DNA from: the human T2T-CHM13v2.0 reference genome, Homo sapiens
Direction: 5' to 3' (one strand)
DNA: 64,000 nt
Assembly: GCF_009914755.1 (NCBI RefSeq)
Contig: NC_060930.1
The notes beneath the pieces were generated by a model, which was given only the letters and a program-made list of their open reading frames with translations, made no database searches and was not told the DNA's origin. This document shows, piece by piece, positions 39,735 to 51,315 of the stretch. The position numbers were made by a program, and so were the translations under genes. Position 1 is the stretch's first letter; the number at the start of each line of letters is the position of its first letter.

Positions 39735-40220
39735 TGGACCAAGTGATGCCATCTTTATCTTCAACACCAAACTACCCATCTCCTAACTGCTATAGCTGAT
39801 TAGATAAAAAGTGTAACTGACCAAAAAAAAAAAAAAATAGCCAATCCTTGGAGTGGCAAGAGGCTTATGCAATTGCTGCAGTGAAAGGAAGGAGGTGGGC
39901 AATCGATTTTCTATGGAATTTTAATCTGCAACTAAGGAGAGAATGTGTTTAACTAGGGGTTAAAAATGATGGACTCTACAGAGATACCGGAGAGTGTGCC
40001 TATGAGGAAGGTTTAGGACAAATCAGATTCATGTGTGCAGCAGTCTCCCAAGAGAGGAAGGCCACACATTCCAACTTATCAATAGAGGCCAGGGGGCATA
40101 GCTGGTGCTTGAGGGCTTTCTTGTTCTGGTGGCAATCTGTCGTATTTTTCTATAAGAACTATATTTTTCTTAAGATAACTTGGAGTGTGTCTCTGTTTCT
40201 TGCAACCAAAAGATTCTAAG
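39735..40220 (+). mobile_element. Old MaLR LTR (MLT1J/K-like)
   Basis: Terminal text ttggagtgtgtctctgtttcttgcaaccaaaagattcta; degraded. Confidence 0.5.
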
Positions 40221-40324
40221 TAGAATCCTGGTCCAATTCCTGCATTTTCCAAGTGAAAAGACCAATTCTTGAGAACATGATACAATACAAGGTTGATGGC
40301 GACTTTTCCAGGATATGATGATGG

Positions 40325-40915
40325 TTTCCACAGACAGCTGCGACAATATCTCCTAATCAGCATGCCCTTCTGCAACGTGATCTTGCCACTTCTTCATTTA
40401 GAGGCAGAGTGTATGTCTCCTCTCCCTTGAATCTAGGCAGACTCTGAGTGCTTTGACCAAGAGAATATAGCACAAGTGACATTGTGCCAGTTCTGGGCAT
40501 TGTTCTTAACTGGCATGGAAGCAGTAGTTACTGCTTCCTCTCTCTTAGAAGCCAGCATCATAAAAGAAGCATGCCTTCCTTGAGACCACAGAAACCCCAG
40601 GCACATGGAGACTCCCTGGATGACGAGATGCTGCATGGAAAGACAGACCAAGAGAAAGAAAGAGAGAAGAAGAGAGGGACCGAGGAGGACACAGAGAGAC
40701 CAAAGAGTACTTAGATGGCAGTCACCTTAGCAATAAGCCATCCTGGAAGTGAATCCTCTAACCTCAGTCCCTCCAGTTGCTGTCACACATATTAGAGATG
40801 AAGCCTTCAGCCAAGTCCTGTCCAAGTTCCTGACCTATAAAATCTTGAGCAAAATAGAGTACTGTAGTTATTTTAAATCATTCAGCTTTGGGTTAGCTTG
40901 TTATGCAACAACAAT
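40325..40915 (+). mobile_element. MLT1 (F/G/H-like) LTR
   Basis: catgcccttctgcaacgtgatcttgccact...ctcccttgaatctaggcag...tttgaccaagagaatatagcacaagtgacattgtgccagttctggg...tttgggttagcttgttatgcaacaa. Confidence 0.75.
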
Positions 40916-41419
40916 AATCAAAACACAGGGTCACTTGGCTTTCAAATGAGTTTTCTGTCTATGGTGTGTCAATTTTATTGGAATAAAACAATGTATTTAG
41001 CAACACATCCAAATGCTTTTTCAAGCTAACACTTTCTTTGGTAAACAAAAAAACACAGGAATGTCACCTTAAAGTCACAGGGACATTTCAGACAAAAACT
41101 CAAATGGTGTGAGGCATGTAATTTCATTAATCCTCATTTACAACACCGTGGAGGAAGATATAATTTGACTTCACTGTATGGGTGGAGAAGATGAACAATT
41201 TAGAAACATAGCCTCAAGATTCTACCATGTGTCAGTGATGCCAAATTTTCAGATTTTCTCACTGATGGTTACTCATTGTCTGGGTTCCAATAGCTGGAGA
41301 TGGTTATATTTACATCATGGGATACCCATGCCATAAAATTGGTAATTGGTCAGATTCCATTTGTGTTGCCAATTTGTGACTAATATCTGACTGGTCAGAA
41401 AGAAACTGCTTCCAATTTT

Positions 41420-41702
41420 TTCAAATCCACATTAACACTTGTTATCATCTGTCTTTCTTATGTTAACCATTCTCATGGGTATTAAGTGGTATTCCTAATG
41501 ACTGATGATGCTGATTATCTTTGCATGCATTTATTGACCATGTGTATATCTTCTTTGAAGAATGTTCCCATTTTAAAATTCAGTTATTTATCTTTTTATT
41601 GTTGGATTGCAAGAGTTCTTTATGTATACTGCAAGAGTTCTTTATATATACTGCATATTAGACCCTTATCAAATATATTATTTGCAAATATTTTTTCTCC
41701 TG
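41420..41702 (-). mobile_element. L1M fragment
   Basis: ttaaccattctcatgggtattaagtggtatt...cttatcaaatatattatttgcaaatattttttctcc. Confidence 0.75.
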
Positions 41703-42589
41703 TAAGACATTGATTCTTAACCAATTTTTGTATCATGTGCAGCATTTTAAGTATCTGATGAAGGCATGGACACTCATCCAGTCGAGTGTACATGCCCATG
41801 AAATTTTGAATACATTTTCAGATATTTTTACAAAGATCCCGAAGCCTTAAGAAACCCCAAGAGCTTGTGTCTTTCCCCTATCTCCCCAGGTTTTGCTTTT
41901 CTCTAGGATTATGTACATACAGTCTTACAAAAGGAAACTCCTTGCAATGAGAGGAAGAAAACAATTCTCTTGGTGGGTAGCTTGAAGATTCCATTTAGTG
42001 ACAGAATAGCCTTATTGGGACCACACAATTCTCTATAAGGCTGAGTATGCTGGGTCTTCAGAGAAGAGAGGAAAACTGTGTATGAGACAAACAGATATTT
42101 TTTTCTACTCCTGGATGGAGTAGGAAGAAGGGAGAGAACTATAGGCAACGGAGAAACCGAGAGGGGGTTAGAGAAGATAATTCCCAGGGCATATCCTGAT
42201 GAATTGCAAGTAAATGGATGTTTTTCTAGGGCTGATCAATGGCACTTTCTTAACTATCTTTGTCATGTCTGCTTCTCAACTGGAGAGAAAAACGATGAAG
42301 TGGAACAGTGAGAACTATTTAAACAGACAACTGGGAGCCAGAGGCTGAGTAAACATTTAGACCTTCCTATTTTTCTAAGGTCTGTTGGAAAAAAAATATC
42401 ATGAATCTGAATACTAATTTTTTAGACATGCAAAGTTACCATTTAAGCCAAACTCAATGTCTTGTGACAAATTTGCTCCTTTCTGTCTAATATCATTATC
42501 TTTGGTTTAAAAAAATAATCAGAAAAATTGTGCTCATTGTTTCAGAAGCTATCAGGAACTTCAAGCCATCATAGAAATTTAGCATTTAA

Positions 42590-42775
42590 ATGTTAGAATT
42601 TAAGTCTTTTACCTAATTCCCTACTCATCATGCCTGGTAAAAGGTCATTTAGATTTTGCTTGAAGGCTTTTGATGATGGGGAAGTCACCACCTCATAATA
42701 AGGAATCCAGTTGACTTGATCTTTGGGCAGTTCTAACTCTTAGAAAATTCCTTCTTCACTGAGCTGAATTAAGCC
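42590..42775 (-). mobile_element. CR1/L3 fragment
   Basis: ttgcttgaaggcttttgatgatggggaagtcaccacctc...gggcagttctaactcttagaaaattccttcttcactgagctgaa. Confidence 0.6.
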
Positions 42776-43056
42776 TGTACTATCATCACTGATATGTAGC
42801 ATCATACCAATGTTCCAAATGTCCTACCTAGTGGACATAAATCATAGGTATTCTTTATTTAGCACCATCTATAAGTCAAACACTTACGTGATAGGTGTTG
42901 TATATTAATATGTACTTATGATTAATCTTTACAATTCAGGAAGGCAGGAGTATCCTTCCTATTTAATAGGTTGGATTGAGAATTGTATTCATGTTTCAGA
43001 GATAATAACAGAAAAACTGGAATATGAACCTTGGTCTATATGATGCCAGAGTTTGA

Positions 43057-43391
<335 letters not shown>

Positions 43392-45978
43392 TACTTTGTT
43401 TTTACCTGAAAGGTTTAAATAATAGAAGATCATGCTGTTTTTCACTGTGCCTACCTTCTGTTCCCTCCTCAGCAAGCAAATAGCATTAGATTCTTTGAAT
43501 CAAAATCATCTGTTGAATATTTTTGTTACAAAGCTCTGTGCCAGCTGCTCTAAACAACATGATTTTTGAGTGGGAATTTGGCTTCTTAATGAATTAACTC
43601 ACAACCTAGTAGCTACACCAGAAAGTAATACTATTAAGGACTATTTTTGTGGGACAAAGCACAATGGAATATGGATGATGAATAACCAGGTCCATCGAAT
43701 GCTCTGCCTTTGGAATTATTTTGTTAGTTCATAGTTTTTTCATCTCTTTACAGCTTCAATTTTCACTTTCTTGATGTTGCCTTTCTGCTGGAAATAAGTA
43801 GATACCTAGTCGGTAGCTCGATAAATGGTAACGTGTTTCTATTTCTTTGTTCTGGTGGGCAACTAGATTTAAACACAAGATTTAGACAAGCTAGCTGGGA
43901 AATTTCTATTTATCAGTTGAGTTAGATGTGCATCAAGGCAGATGGTCCTAAAGAGATAGAAGTGGAATTGAGAAGTCTCCATTCTTGATGAATAGAGTCT
44001 GTAGAGGCAATGTGGCCAATGGGGTCTCACTTTTAACCACAGATTTTTAAGTTTTAAAAGTTTGTTTACTCATATTGATATTATACAGCAGGCTCTTGAA
44101 TAACAAGTGCTAAATAACTGTTATCTGTAGGCCTTGAAGATTTCTGCAACACCAGGCATGGGCTGTTAAATGGAACTTTCATTGTATTCCCCATCTTGTG
44201 ATGCATAATGAGGTCTTATGTTAGACGAGAGACATTGTAGATGAGTGCACACTACAACATTTATGGGAACAAGAGAGTACATTGATATCATATTTCATAT
44301 ATATTTATAACTTTGAACTCCTCATGGACTTGTTCTTAGACTTTTGACTAGAAATAAATTCTTCACTATTTAAACAATGTTTTCCCAAACCTTTATGTAC
44401 CTAGCACCATCCAATTTCTTTTTTATGCCTTGTTATCTCAGGGACACAGTGGGAATTGAAAACCAGTGTTTTTAATAAAAAGGTCTTATATTGGTGAACA
44501 GGGAATTGAGGACTTGGAAACTTCTAATTATGTAGCACAGGCAATGAATGCAGGCTGCCTCTGAGTTTACCCTGGTTCCTTCATCCAGCCTGGCAGGCAC
44601 TGTGGAGGGGCCTTGCACACTGTGTGCTGGGAAGGCATGGTGGGGGGAGAAGAATCTTTTACTGAGAAGGCAAGAATAAAAGGGGTAGAGAGAACTAGGC
44701 ATGTGATAAAAGCACATAAATCATAAATCTGTTTAAATATATTCTTAAGATTGCTTTAAAATATTTGGTTCTGGCCTTTCAGAAGAGTCCTGGGGTTTTC
44801 AGACTTGAGGCGAAAGGATGATTGTATGAGTCAAGCTGCCTCAGGAATGTTGTTTGTAAATGATAATTTCTTCATTAGTTCTCATTAATTCATTCATTCT
44901 GCCAATATTTGCTGAGTGCCAGCCGCTGTCCTAAAGCTGGAGTTCTAGTGATGAACAAGATTGACACAGCCGAAACTCTCATGAAATTCTGGAGACTCTC
45001 AGAGGCGTGTGGCCTCTGATCTCACAAGGTAAAAAGAACCCAAATTTCAGATAAAAAGGCATTTATTTTTGGTTAAAAATATTTCCTTTAAGAAACCATC
45101 TCCATGTAGTGCAATAATGTCACAGGATTTTAAGACTGAAAGGCTCATGCATTCACGTGATAAATATTTATGAGCTAGTATGTTACAAAGCAGTGCCACT
45201 GTCTCCGCTAACATTGTTAAAATGGTCAAGACATACAGGTCTGGTGTCCCCCCTTCCCTGAAGGATGGGACTTTACATACCTATGCTGTGGTTCAAGATG
45301 TGTTGATTGTGTATCTTGATCTCAGATAGCAATCTCCTCTCACTCCACAGTAATTTCTGAATTCTAGAAAAAGCCTTAATGTAAGCTCCAGGTATTCACA
45401 ATTTGTTGTGTCTGTCACATGAGATGTCATGGGGTTGTAGCTAATAGGAGAGGAAGAATGAAAGGCAGTGTTAAAGTTTATTTATTCTGTTCTCTCATTT
45501 GTAAACAAATTACCTGAACTCAAGAGAGCAGAAGGCACATAGGAGTGACAGAGCCAGTGCCAGGCTGTCCAGTTTTCAGGCAAGTCAACTTTCTAGCTCA
45601 TCATCTTTCTGTATGGCCATTATGATATTTCTTTGGAATAAAAATTGCTTACCAGGATAAAGGGCAGGTCTTTGTCTCTCTCATTTACCACTGTATCCCC
45701 AGTGTCACAATAATGTCTGGTATGTAGCGGATGCTCAATGAATGTTGGTGAAGGAATTAATAAATGAATGCTATAAAGGCTTTTATCAAAAGTAAGTACG
45801 ACTTAGAGAATATAGTGAAAAGTCAATTAATCCAGCTTTGCCAATAACATACAAAATCAATATGCATGTGGATTTGGAATTTTTCATTGGCTTTACTGAT
45901 CTTTACGATGAGTGTCTTATTAGTCATCTGAATCGCTTTCTGCTGCCTGAATTTCTAGAATAAAACAGCAGGGAGGAG

Positions 45979-46050
45979 GGTTCCATGGTGTAATGCTTAG
46001 CACTCTGGACTCTGAATCCAGCGATCCGAGTTCAAATCTCGGTGGAACCT
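45979..46050 (+). tRNA. TRQ-CTG: tRNA-Gln, anticodon CTG (46012-46014), variant with C at D-loop position 19
   Basis: 72 nt; acceptor stem GGTTCCA/TGGAACC, anticodon arm CTGGA-CTCTGAA-TCCAG, T-arm CCGAG-TTCAAAT-CTCGG (B box intact); matches the major mammalian Gln-CTG isodecoder as I recall it except 45996 G>C; no encoded CCA. Confidence 0.95.
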
Positions 46051-46058
46051 TTCATATT

Positions 46059-46287
46059 GGCTGGGTGCTGTGGGAGGCCAAGGTGGGCAGATCACGTGAG
46101 GCCATGAGTTGAAACTCAGCCTGGCCAACATGGTAAAACTAAAAATACAAAAATTCAAAATTAGCCGGCATGGTAGCAGGCGCCTATAATCCTAGCTACT
46201 TGGGAGACAGAGGCTGCAATGAGCTTTGCCACTGAACTCCGGCCTGGGTGACAGAAGGAGATTCTGTCTCAGAAAAAAAAAAAAAAA
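46059..46287 (+). mobile_element. AluS-like element with several internal deletions
   Basis: ggctgggtgctgtgggaggccaaggtgggcagatcac...ctggccaacatgg...gcctgggtgacaga...tgtctcag(A)15; only ~230 bp. Confidence 0.9.
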
Positions 46288-46501
46288 GGTCCACAAAATC
46301 AGAAATTATTCTTTCATCCAACAGGCAGTTGGTCATATACAGAGATTCCAAAGGAATTCCTTACAGATTCTTATTTTTAAAATAACACTAGCTAGAGAGG
46401 AGAGGTCATAGGATGGTTTAATTCATGCCATGTACCCTGACCCACAGACACTTGTGACAATGTGTCTGTGTCACAATGTGTCACTGACACATTAGTAAGT
46501 G

Positions 46502-46830
46502 CAGTGATGGGCTGTATAATGAGGTTTCAGCCAATGATGAACAGCATGTGTGGTGGTGGTGCCCTAAGATTATAATACTATATTTTTACTGTACCTTTTG
46601 TATGCTTAGATACACAAATATTTACCATGGTATTTCAGTTGCCTACAGTATTCATACAGCACTATGATGTACAGGGTTGTAGCCTAGGAGCCATAGGCTA
46701 TACCATGTAGCTTAGGTGTGTAGCACAGATGGCTGTGCCATCTAGGTTTGTGTAATGTTTCCACAGCAATGAAATCACGTAATGACACATTTCTGCGAAT
46801 GTATCCCTACTGTTAAATGGCGTATGACTG
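46502..46830 (+). mobile_element. Tigger3-type (Golem) MITE
   Basis: TIR-like ends cagtgatgggctgtataatga ... gttaaatggcgtatgactg followed by ta; internal ccctaagattataatac, tgtagcctaggagccataggctatacc. Confidence 0.8.
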
Positions 46831-47570
46831 TAAACGACATCCCAGAATGGAGAAGGTTGCTTACGTAAAGAAGATTGCTGTTTAGCTAGAAGATGCAGTT
46901 GATAAATACAACAGTTATTTGAGAAAAGAGAAAGGGCTCAGTTTCTTTGGGACACTATGCTGGCAGTTAAATAATCTGTTTTTAATTTTGTCTCTCTAAT
47001 CTAATGACCCAAAATGAATTATTTCTTGGCATATGCACTGAAGAGAAAGGTTCCAGCTTGTTCTATGTACCACAGACTATTCCAAGTTTATTTCACCACC
47101 ATTCACAGTGTCCAAAGAATGTTTGGGGTTGTGAATGGAATCAGTTAAAGAATAGCCTATTATTTATGCACCTAAGTTAGCTGAAAGTAGACACCATAAA
47201 ACATATTTTGGAAATGAAATATGTTTTTCCCTATCAAAGTTATCTAATAAGGTACAATTATACCCAAAGGCAGTAGGATTTGATTTTTATAAATGATAAC
47301 ATAGCAGGGACCCATGTTCAAGCAGTTTGGACTTGATGTAAGTCAGCTGTCTAGATAATTAAATGATGCAAGTTCTGATTCTAGGCAAATCATTACCTGA
47401 TTTAGTAACCTTCTGTGCTCCTTTGCCTGACTTAAGAGTTAGGAGACAGTATATTTTGTCTCTTTTCTGCCAATAACATTCTGTATGACCTTGGAGAAGC
47501 CACTTAGATACTCCATGTCTTAATTCACTTGTTTATAAAATGGAAATAATAACCACACCAAGGCCACTTA

Positions 47571-48040
47571 TTACAGGTTGAATTGTATCCTCCAAAAATA
47601 TGTCGAAACCCCAACCCCAGGAACTATGAATGTGACCTTATTTGGAAATAAGGTCTCTGCAAAGGTAATGAAGTTAAGATGAGGTCATTAGAGTGGACCC
47701 TAATCCAATTTGACTGGTTTCCTTATAAGAAGAGGGAAATTTGACCATGGAAAACATACAGAGAGAACTCCATAAGGCAACAGGTGAGAGATGGCAGGGA
47801 TGCAGCTGTACACCAAGGGATGGGGGCACCGACGGCACCAGCACAGCTGGGAAGAGCTGGTGTAATGGATGCTACCCGGAGTCTCAGGAAGGATGGGAAG
47901 GATGGTAGTCAGAGTCTCGGGGGGAGCATGGCCCTGCTGACACCTTGATTTTGGACTTCTGGCTTCCAGAACTGTAGGAATATAAATTTGTGTTGTTTTA
48001 AGCTACTGTATTTGTGGTAATTTGTTACAACTGCCTTAGG
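47571..48040 (+). mobile_element. MLT1B/C-like LTR inserted in a MIR (MIR pieces ~47440-47560 and ~48125-48215)
   Basis: ttacaggttgaattgtatcctccaaaa...gaatgtgaccttatttggaaataagg...ccttgattttggacttctggcttccagaactgt. Confidence 0.85.
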
Positions 48041-50915
48041 ATTTGATTTTTATAAATGATAAATAGGATTTTATTTTATCCAATCAAATATAATAAATTG
48101 CCTAACTAATAAACTAATAAATTGCCTAACTCACAGGGTGGTATGAAACTAATAAATTGCCTAAATCATAGGGTGGTATGATATGATATTAATACTATAT
48201 GTAAAAATATTTCTACATCTGTTAGAACAGGATAAATTGCTGTAGCAATATATAGATCACTTTATCTTTTTTAACCCCAAGAGATATCCAAAAGGAACTT
48301 CTGTAAAGCAGACAGTGTTAGGGAAAAGCCAAATTAAAAACTCTGTTAGAAATGCTTTTTATGATTAAAAGAAGATTTTGTTAACAAGATTTTAGCCTTG
48401 ACAAATTATCTCTAGTAGAACCCTGAAAATACAGCATTTCACTAACATGTTGGAACAACCATTTTCTTCCTTCTTTGATTTTTATGTGTTTAAACCATTT
48501 CTTTCCCTGAGTATATGAGTTTTCTTCAAGGAAACTTGAGTGCCTTATTCATTACACTTAGAGTGTTGGCTTTGCCACAGGCTACACAACAATCAGAAAA
48601 TAAAAACGTAGTAAAACTTTTAAAAAATTTTATGATCCTTAACCACAAAAATCCCCTCCATAGGTCTGATTCTCCATTAAACACCCTCAAACAAACCACG
48701 GTAATGAAATTCTATCACACTGTAGTCATTGCACAATTATCTCTGTTAACCTAAAAGAATCATTAGTCCGAAAAACACATTCAGCATTTAAAAAATTATG
48801 TTGAGCTTTAGAAAGTATTGTGGCATATTGCCCCCTCTATATACACATATGAAAGGAGTGACTATTGTTTTATATGTATATATACACACAAACATATACA
48901 CATATGTATATAATAATAATTATTATAGATAATTGTTATTAGTTCCTTTTTATTTTTCAGAATTTTCTTCTACTTCTATTGGTCTAACCAGGAGAGAGTT
49001 AAATGTATCAGACTGAAAACTGGAGAAACTTTGGAGGTTATCAGGTTTAAATCCCCTCATTTTAGAGATAAGAGAAGCAGAGCATAGCTTTTCAGTGACC
49101 TGTTGAAGGTTGCACAGGGATTTGGTGACAGAATAGATTTCCAGTTGCCTGACTTTCAGTCCGGCGCTCTTTCTTCTCTAAAACCATAGTGGTCATACAG
49201 ACTTGTATTAGTTCTTGGAACTCTCACTAGCTCTGTGACCTTGGATGAGACTCTCAAATTCTCTAAACATGCCTTTACTTGTTTGTAAAATGAGAATAAA
49301 AAACCAGGCTGGTAAAAGCTGGAGTACAACCAAAACAAAAATATGCAGGCCACACAGTATTACCCAAGCTGAAAAAAGTTCAGCTTCCCATTATCCCATC
49401 CCCACACTACATCAATGACTGCTTGTCTCTCTGTCTCAGCTCAGTCATCAGTTTCTGGGGCATTTCTTCATTGACCCTTGGGGACTTGCACAGGATCCTT
49501 CTTTCTGAGCTTGTAGTCCCTGGGGCTCTACCTAGTGTATATGTACCACGTTGCTGTAGTCCAGTTGCCAGGTTATTGAGCTGTAGGTACTTGATAGCAG
49601 AAACTATTTATACTCATTATTATACCTTGGCACTTAAGACAGTACTTAACAAATAGGAATTGCTCAATGAATGATCAATCAATAAATAACAAATACTAGG
49701 GGTAGATATATTGAAAATAGGTCTGTATTCTCGTGGAAGGAATTCCATAACTGCTACCAGTGTAAAGGTTGGATGAGCTCTCACACATTGTATGGATCAC
49801 TTTTCCAAATGATTTTTTTTAACCTTTGTAATTATATTTTGCTTGGGGTGCTGATAAAATAAATTTCCTTGTAGTGCTTGAGCACATACTGACTAAAAGT
49901 GGAGAAAAGATAGCTAGTTTAGAGCAATCATAGTTTCCCTGCAGAAAATTCAGTTTAGAATCATGTCCTTGCTGAGTATAAGCTATGGAATACTGTTATT
50001 TGTAAATAAACTGAAGATGCATGAAGTGTGAGAAGTGGTTGTAGAAGAGGTGAAAGAGCTCCAAGATTGTTGTCAAATTTCCTGGGCCTGAGTCTGTGTT
50101 TCAGTGTCCTATTAATAATGCAGGATAACAAAGTCCACCTCAAAATTTTTGAGGAGAATCAATAAGAAAATGTTCATGAACACGCCTATGAATGGGAGGA
50201 AGTATAATTATTAGTTTGATTAGACAACTGGAGAATAACCATGAAGTCCTCTGCTTGCTTTAGTATCCAGGACCAGAAAATTAAGAAAATTGGCCATTTA
50301 ATCTTATTTAAAAGACTTGGAATCTGTTGACAGTATGCTAGGGTTTGCTCGGCCACTGATGCTCAGTGACTCTGTGGGAATGCTCCAGGCAGAACTTGGC
50401 ATGGACAGACGTTAACTGCTAGAACATCTGATGCTAACAGTAGAGAGCTGAATACATAGTAGCACTCTTCCTTTGATCCTAGAGCTCTGTTCTAACATGT
50501 ATTTCAGAGGATTAAAGCCTGAAAATTTCAAATTATTTCTTTCCAATGGACCTCTTATCTGCATGGTTCCTGAAACGTGAGTTTACGTCTACCCCAGGAT
50601 ACATGGAGTTGAAGGTCATAATGCCAATCACACTTGCCTGAGAAATTCAGGTAAACTGTATTGTTGTGCATACAGTTCTTCTGAGGGAACAATACATCAA
50701 GCCAGGTCCCATGGACTGCTCTATGAAAGGGCCCATACCAGTGGGCTGAGGCAATGATTTCTAGAGGCAACAAATATCTCCAGCTATTACTAAAACACAT
50801 TCTGAGAATGATACCATTTAGTCAATCTCACGATTATCAAGACAGAATCTCCTCTGTCATACCCATCTTGTCTTCCAAGAACACGTGAGACCTTCGGACT
50901 TATTTTTTCCTTTAA

Positions 50916-51315
<400 letters not shown>

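Noticed and set aside
45900-46100. CpG island or Pol II promoter at the tRNA
   Set aside because: CpGs are largely confined to the tRNA body; no CpG island anywhere in the window
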